Source: a virus. From it: a stretch of 44,979 nucleotides of DNA. The stretch lies in IMG/VR virus record IMGVR_UViG_3300029244_000004, one strand, 5' to 3'. Below are positions 40,557 through 44,979 of the stretch, piece by piece. The notes beneath the pieces are model-generated. The model saw only the letters and a program-made list of their open reading frames with translations, was not told the origin of the DNA and did no database searches. A program made the position numbers and the translations under genes. Positions within the stretch are counted from its first letter, which is position 1, and each line of letters opens with the position of its first letter.

Positions 40557-40582
40557 GCCGCCCAGTGGGGCGGCTTTTTCTT
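40557..40582 (+). terminator. plus-strand intrinsic terminator
   Basis: GCCGCCC-agt-GGGGCGGC followed by TTTTTCTT. It overlaps the stop codon of 40581..40847. Confidence 0.7.
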
Positions 40583-40847
40583 ATGCCTGCTCCGCCTGCT
40601 CGGCGGCCTCTTTGTCAGCCTGGATGCCAGCCTCCACGGCGGCGGCGAAGGTATCCATACCGCCAGTTTGATAAGCGGCGGCCAGCTCCGCACCGTGTCT
40701 GCCGGTAAACTCTCGCATGGCCTTGGACTCCTCGTCGGTAATCTCAGGGTGCTTCTTCAGGAGCATGGGCATGCCTACGGTAGCCAAATCGGGGGCATCG
40801 TTCTTCTCAGTGATTTCGTACAGTTCATACAGTAGTTCGGTTTTCAT
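40581..40847 (-). CDS. hypothetical acidic helical protein (88 aa) downstream of the holin
   Basis: AAGGAG lies 7 nt before ATG 40847. Confidence 0.55.
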   Translation of the reverse strand: MKTELLYELYEITEKNDAPDLATVGMPMLLKKHPEITDEESKAMREFTGRHGAELAAAYQTGGMDTFAAAVEAGIQADKEAAEQAEQA

Positions 40848-40876
40848 TGTCATTCTCCTTTTGTAATAAAATTTGT

Positions 40877-41137
40877 TTATTCCTTCATCTGTTTTATGGC
40901 CTGGTTGACACCAGTTGCCGCCAGACCGCTTACAATGCCCACGGCAACGGCGGTCAGCGGGTCCGTGGCCGGGAAATCCTGGAGGCCGGTATACAGCGCC
41001 GCCACGCCAAGCACACCGCCACACAGGCCCACGATAGCCGGAATGTACTTGTTATCCAGACCGGACGATTTGACAATCAGTCCAACCAGATAACAGATGA
41101 CGGTAATGGCCGCCACGGATGCGATTCCAAAGTCCAT
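40877..41137 (-). CDS. holin (Hol44 / Phage_holin_5-like)
   Basis: GAGGGGGTGA lies before ATG 41137. Translation: MDFGIASVAAITVICYLVGLIVK..KYIPAIVGLCGGVLGV...GIVSGLAATGVNQAIKQ. Confidence 0.7.
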   Translation of the reverse strand: MDFGIASVAAITVICYLVGLIVKSSGLDNKYIPAIVGLCGGVLGVAALYTGLQDFPATDPLTAVAVGIVSGLAATGVNQAIKQMKE

Positions 41138-41151
41138 ATTTTCACCCCCTC

Positions 41152-41511
41152 TCAAAGACCTATCTTGTCTAACAGAAAGGCCATAACCGCCGTAATAACC
41201 GCCGCAATTACGGCCCAACTTATTTTGCCTTTCAGATCTTTCCAGGTTCGTCCAGGCTCTGCCTGAATGTCTGACAATCCCTTGGACAGTGTGCTCACTT
41301 TACCCGTCAGGTCCTCAAGCTTTTCGAGTATCGTTGTGTACTGCTGCCCCTGCTCCGCACGGGCGATCTCTAGCTCCCGGATTCTGTTGAAAAACTCTTT
41401 GTGCGTCTGTCGGGACTGCTCCTTCCATTCGCTCATCTGCTTTTCCAGCATATTAGCTTTCTGGAGGCCAAGGCAATCCCGCTGTGGGTCTAAGATACAT
41501 TTTTCATCCAT
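41152..41511 (-). CDS. xhlA: XhlA-like protein (coiled coil plus C-terminal TM)
   Basis: A coiled coil is followed by KISWAVIAAVITAVMAFLL. The gene lies directly upstream of the holin, as in PBSX xhlA-xhlB. Confidence 0.55.
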   Translation of the reverse strand: MDEKCILDPQRDCLGLQKANMLEKQMSEWKEQSRQTHKEFFNRIRELEIARAEQGQQYTTILEKLEDLTGKVSTLSKGLSDIQAEPGRTWKDLKGKISWAVIAAVITAVMAFLLDKIGL

Positions 41512-41935
41512 CGTACACCTCCCACGCCTGGGCGTACTCCTCTGGTGAAAAGTTGGTGTCCTGTTTGCACCGATATGTCTTTCCGTCAGTATAGATCATG
41601 TACTCCCCGACCCTATACATATCATGGGCACCCTGAACAGGCACAAAGGGGCGGGCCGTCTCAGGGCTTGTCCCATGAAGGGGCCGCCAGAAGGTGAACC
41701 AGGCGGAGTTATCCGGCTTGATGTCAGGGTGGGTCGCATTGTCGTGCGCCTGAAAGCACTCCCAGGTCTGGCCGTTGGCGTTTCGGATATCACCTACCTG
41801 ATAGGCTCCATCCGACCACTCCTCATATAGTCCGCTGGCTCGGATGCGCTTGTCGTCGCTGTCGATGACTGCCCCGGCCAAGGTCTGCCTGGACACATAG
41901 ATAGCGGATGCCAGTGCGTCGTACAAATTGCTCAC
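41504..41935 (-). CDS. carbohydrate-binding (CBM5/12-like, two repeats) tail-fibre accessory protein
   Basis: YQVGDIRNANGQTWECFQAHDN...P..SAWFTFW and YRVGEYMIYTDGKTYRCKQDTN...P. Confidence 0.5.
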   Translation of the reverse strand: MSNLYDALASAIYVSRQTLAGAVIDSDDKRIRASGLYEEWSDGAYQVGDIRNANGQTWECFQAHDNATHPDIKPDNSAWFTFWRPLHGTSPETARPFVPVQGAHDMYRVGEYMIYTDGKTYRCKQDTNFSPEEYAQAWEVYDG

Positions 41936-42207
41936 AGTGTAAGCCCCCTCTCAATGGCAGTCTCAATACTGGATACCCTGTCCTCAAGGGTGGGTTCCGG
42001 CTCCGGTTCAGGTTCCGGCTCTGGCACGGTCCCGGCGGTCATGTCTATAACAATCTGGCCGTTCACCTCGATATCCACAAAGGGGAAGGTATCAGGAACG
42101 GTGATGCTGGAGGGGACCTCCGCCCATCCATCCGGGATGGTATTCAAATTACAGGTTTGGTTGCGGTGCGCCCCGTTCTCCAAGGGCTGGATTTCGATGA
42201 TTAACAT
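41932..42207 (-). CDS. small tail-fibre-associated protein with a (PE)n linker
   Basis: 91 aa containing PEPEPEPEPEP. The call rests on position. Confidence 0.5.
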   Translation of the reverse strand: MLIIEIQPLENGAHRNQTCNLNTIPDGWAEVPSSITVPDTFPFVDIEVNGQIVIDMTAGTVPEPEPEPEPEPTLEDRVSSIETAIERGLTL

Positions 42208-42219
42208 GGGGACCTCCTT

Positions 42220-43311
42220 TTAACCGATGGCGTAATAGTAATAGGTAGTTCCTGTACCATTTAACTGGTTGCTTCCACTTCCGGTAAAATTTATATACCA
42301 AGAAATAGTGGACCCCTCTCTCTTCATCAGGGTATATTGAGTTGCGGTTGATCCTCCAAATTTCCATTGGATTTTTTCGTATGTATCGCCTAAAAATATA
42401 GGCAATGCAAAATATAAGTTGTCTCCCCTTGTCCCTTTACGCCCATCTGTATCGCCGACTATAAATAGTTTAGGCTCAAAAGGGAGTGTCAAACTGCATG
42501 GGTTATTGACCCCGTAGGTGCCGGTCCCCACATAACTGCCAGTCTCTACTCTCAGTGGTAATACCGAGTTTTCAAACGGTATCCCCAAAAACTGATACTC
42601 ATACCCATCTTGGATGCCGCTGTCGGGGTAGGCTTCGCGGTCAGATGAGAAAATATAATCAGAATATACTGATTCTACTTTCTGGGCTGTTACAGCACGC
42701 ACTCCAAAGTGCCATTCGTTTATGCCGCCAGAAACACTGCACGTCGCATCATCAGCAAAATAGTATATATTTCCGTTGATTGACGTGTATTTACCCTTCA
42801 ATGCGCTAAATGATTTTTCGTAGTAGTCACTATCGTACTGATATCCAGAAAGCTTTTTTGAACTAGAACCAGATGCTAATGAAACCTTTCCGCTTTCGGA
42901 AATTACAATCGAGCTGTTGTAAGATATATATATACATTCGTGTCCTTTTTCATCGATTTGGCCTGTAGCAGTAACTTGAATATTTGCACCAGATATCTTC
43001 GAAACATATTTCGCGGATGCTACACTTCGCTTCCACCAATACTGGTTATATTTCCCCAGGAAGGCCAACACATCGTCTGGGACATTGGATACATCCAGCC
43101 CAAACAAAGCCGCTGTGGTGTCTTTCAGCAGAGTTCCCTTATTCAGAGGGGTCCCCTCCTGCGATATCCCAGCAGGGTTTAGCGGTCCAATATCATAGGG
43201 GAATGTGCCGTTATTGAGCATCTGAATGAACTGGGATAGCGTTGTGTTTGCCGGGATATTAGACTTCATAAGCCGGGAGTTTCCAGTCCCCAGGGCGACT
43301 AAATCTTGCAT
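42220..43311 (-). CDS. tail fibre / receptor-binding protein
   Basis: GGAGAGG lies before ATG 43311. The protein begins MQDLVALGTGNSRLMKSNIPANTTLSQF... and sits distally in the tail module. Confidence 0.55.
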   Translation of the reverse strand: MQDLVALGTGNSRLMKSNIPANTTLSQFIQMLNNGTFPYDIGPLNPAGISQEGTPLNKGTLLKDTTAALFGLDVSNVPDDVLAFLGKYNQYWWKRSVASAKYVSKISGANIQVTATGQIDEKGHECIYISYNSSIVISESGKVSLASGSSSKKLSGYQYDSDYYEKSFSALKGKYTSINGNIYYFADDATCSVSGGINEWHFGVRAVTAQKVESVYSDYIFSSDREAYPDSGIQDGYEYQFLGIPFENSVLPLRVETGSYVGTGTYGVNNPCSLTLPFEPKLFIVGDTDGRKGTRGDNLYFALPIFLGDTYEKIQWKFGGSTATQYTLMKREGSTISWYINFTGSGSNQLNGTGTTYYYYAIG

Positions 43312-43312
43312 G

Positions 43313-43990
43313 TTACACCTCTCCACAAAAGATTTCGTTTGAATAGAAATAGGAGTTAATCATCTTTGTAATAAGGCCATCTACGGCAAGCAGAATACGT
43401 TCAATATCGTTGGCCTCCTTATAAGTCAGCCGCTCCATATCCTCTGGAACTTCCGGCGTTCCCGGTAGGACGGTCAATGCGTTACGCAGGGTATCCACAT
43501 CTGATAAGTAGGTCCGCATATCAGATTCCTTTGGAATATCGCTGGCCGTCCAGTCAATTTTTGGGGATACCGGAACGAGATACCCAGCTTTGGTCAGCCG
43601 TCCGGCCACATAAACCACAGCGTTCCCCACCCGATTCAGGTCAGAAGCGTTATACGCTCCCTTTAGGCCGGATTCCCAATCGGCTTTTTCTTTCTCCGAC
43701 ATATTGTTCCAGCTTTTTGTGCTAAGTCGCACGACGTAATTCACATCGGCTTGCGTCCTGTCTGTAATTAGGTTTAGCAGACCATAGTATAAAGTAAAGG
43801 ATGTTGTGCTAGACTGCCCGGAACCGGAAACGATGTTCAATATTACAACATAGATGTCATCCTCTGCCCGATCTGCCACCGCCTCCCAGACCTCACCCTC
43901 AGTGTTGGTCCAGACCACTGATACATCATTGACGGTCCCGGACACATAGATGGTAGAGGCTGGGAGGGAGGCGGAAATCGTTTGGGTCAT
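43313..43990 (-). CDS. tail-fibre module protein (225 aa)
   Basis: It contains the LITDRTQADV...GLKGAYNASDLNRV module shared with 202..414. Confidence 0.6.
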   Translation of the reverse strand: MTQTISASLPASTIYVSGTVNDVSVVWTNTEGEVWEAVADRAEDDIYVVILNIVSGSGQSSTTSFTLYYGLLNLITDRTQADVNYVVRLSTKSWNNMSEKEKADWESGLKGAYNASDLNRVGNAVVYVAGRLTKAGYLVPVSPKIDWTASDIPKESDMRTYLSDVDTLRNALTVLPGTPEVPEDMERLTYKEANDIERILLAVDGLITKMINSYFYSNEIFCGEV

Positions 43991-43994
43991 GTTA

Positions 43995-44900
43995 TCACCC
44001 CGTAATCTGAACGGAAATTACCATTGTCTGACCGGCGTCTACTGGATTGGGCGTTATGGTCGCACTGACAATCTGCGGAACGGATGTATCAAGCGTGACG
44101 TTGATGGTCACGGACGTGGATTTCCCGGCCTGGTCAGTGGACGTGACCACAATAGCATTTGCGCCGTTCGCCAACGTGATTGTCTTAGAAAACGCACCGC
44201 TCGATTCCACAGTAACCGCGCCCTGATCTACACTGTTTAGCTGAATGGTCACTGTCACTGGGCTTGAGGTCGTGTCATTTGTAGTGCCTGTTACAGTAAT
44301 AGACGCATTGTTGGTAATCAGCCCATCCGTCGGACTAGTTACATTCAGGGACGGAGCTACCGTATCCACCGTAAAGGTGGTAGACTTCTGTGCGGCTGCG
44401 TTTCCGTCGTTGTCAGATGCATCTACGCTTACCGTGTGACTTCCATCTTTAAGCGGAGAGGCCGCAGTATAAGTAAAGCTGTATCCGTTCGTTACCGCAC
44501 TGTGCGTGACCTCGCCTACGGATACCTGATTGTTGTCCAGCTTCACCACAACGCTGTTCAGATTTACGCCAGAGCCGCCAGCTTCATCTATGACAGTAAA
44601 TGTGACAGGCTGATTGCTGTTCGTTACACGTGCGCCATTCGTCGGAGATGTAATTGTAATAACCGGCGCTACTGTTTCCTTAACCACAAGCTGAAGCCCG
44701 TCAATGGTCGATCCGTCTGCTGTGGCTTGTGTGCCCGCTGTATTGGTCGCTTCAACCGTCACATTATAGTATCCATTAGGCTGATTAAACGATGTGGCAC
44801 CTGGAGCCGTGATCGTGGCTTCCCAACTTTGAGTCCCATCGTTATATGTCAGTGTGTGCCATGTTCCGTTGACCTGTGCCCGGACTGTTTGTATTGCCAT
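43995..44900 (-). CDS. Ig-like (Big-type) repeat tail-fibre/adhesin protein
   Basis: Repeated modules: VAPVITITSPTNGARVTNSNQPVTFTV..., DTVAPSLNVTSPTDGLITNNASITVTGTT..., DTSVPQIVSATITPNPVDAGQ... Confidence 0.7.
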   Translation of the reverse strand: MAIQTVRAQVNGTWHTLTYNDGTQSWEATITAPGATSFNQPNGYYNVTVEATNTAGTQATADGSTIDGLQLVVKETVAPVITITSPTNGARVTNSNQPVTFTVIDEAGGSGVNLNSVVVKLDNNQVSVGEVTHSAVTNGYSFTYTAASPLKDGSHTVSVDASDNDGNAAAQKSTTFTVDTVAPSLNVTSPTDGLITNNASITVTGTTNDTTSSPVTVTIQLNSVDQGAVTVESSGAFSKTITLANGANAIVVTSTDQAGKSTSVTINVTLDTSVPQIVSATITPNPVDAGQTMVISVQITG

Positions 44901-44979
44901 ATTTACACCTCTCCGCTATAAACTTCACCGCTCTGGAAATAGGCCGCTCCAACTACGACCGCTTGATCCTCGGCGGAAA
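44881..44979. repeat. terminal overlap copy 2 (identical to 1-99)
   Basis: Exact 99-nt identity with the window start. Confidence 0.95.

Larger units (their letters stand above)
1..44979. mobile_element. complete temperate siphovirus-like phage genome (circular contig, unique length 44,880 bp)
   Basis: A single copy of each module is present: lysogeny, early/replication, packaging, head, tail, lysis and cargo. There is an integrase with adjacent arm-type repeats. The window ends overlap by 99 bp. Confidence 0.85.

Noticed and set aside
40461-40835. 124-aa and 80-aa plus-strand ORFs spanning the holin-endolysin gap
   Set aside because: They run through promoter and terminator elements and antisense to 40581..40847, with no RBS and Arg/Leu/Gly-rich composition.
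41994-42026. GAGCCG-type hexanucleotide repeat ((PE)5-6)
   Set aside because: It is a short in-frame Pro-Glu linker within a small tail-fibre-associated protein and unremarkable as an interdomain spacer.
1-44979. Diversity-generating retroelement, retron, CRISPR-Cas, tRNA or tmRNA genes
   Set aside because: No reverse-transcriptase-like ORF, template/variable repeat pair, repeat-spacer array, or tRNA T-loop/acceptor signature was found by eye on either strand. tRNAscan or Rfam should confirm this.

Overview
The window is a complete, circularly closed genome of a temperate siphovirus-type phage or excised prophage. Bases 1-99 are identical to 44881-44979, so the unique length is 44,880 bp. 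The host is probably Gram-positive and Clostridia-like. Nearly all genes are on the minus strand. In transcription order (descending coordinates) they run: Cro-like switch (about 32.9 kb); early, recombination and replication genes (ParB-like x2, ERF, NinB, HNH, SSB, DnaD-like, DnaB-like helicase, RusA, C5-methyltransferase, Lar-like, PAPS-reductase-like, YopX; 32.2-17.8 kb); about 1 kb of GC-rich, hairpin-dense non-coding DNA enclosing an AT-rich membrane micro-ORF (17.8-16.7 kb); antirepressor, TerS, TerL, portal and a MuF-type head protein carrying an Ntox50-like toxin tail with a candidate immunity gene; scaffold, HK97-fold capsid, connectors, tail tube, chaperones, tape measure and distal tail; then across the circular junction the tail-fibre module (Ig-like repeats, CBM-like), XhlA, holin and amidase endolysin; and finally an 8-gene cargo cluster of low-complexity, spore-coat-like proteins next to attP. 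The plus strand carries CI-like repressor, ImmA, a small ORF and a tyrosine integrase (33.1-35.4 kb), plus two morons. Main hunt results: (1) a canonical -1 frameshift site at the capsid stop codon opening a 93-codon Ig/cadherin-like extension; (2) a MuF-Ntox50 toxin/immunity cassette; (3) the large structured non-coding region with a CGGCATA repeat array; (4) two orphan promoter-to-terminator small-RNA loci, one between holin and endolysin with convergent consensus promoters; (5) a C5-methyltransferase whose variable region is open and motif-bearing in two reading frames; (6) strong intrinsic terminators inside the late operon. No tRNA, rRNA or CRISPR array was seen. All family assignments are motif recognition by eye; no searches were run.
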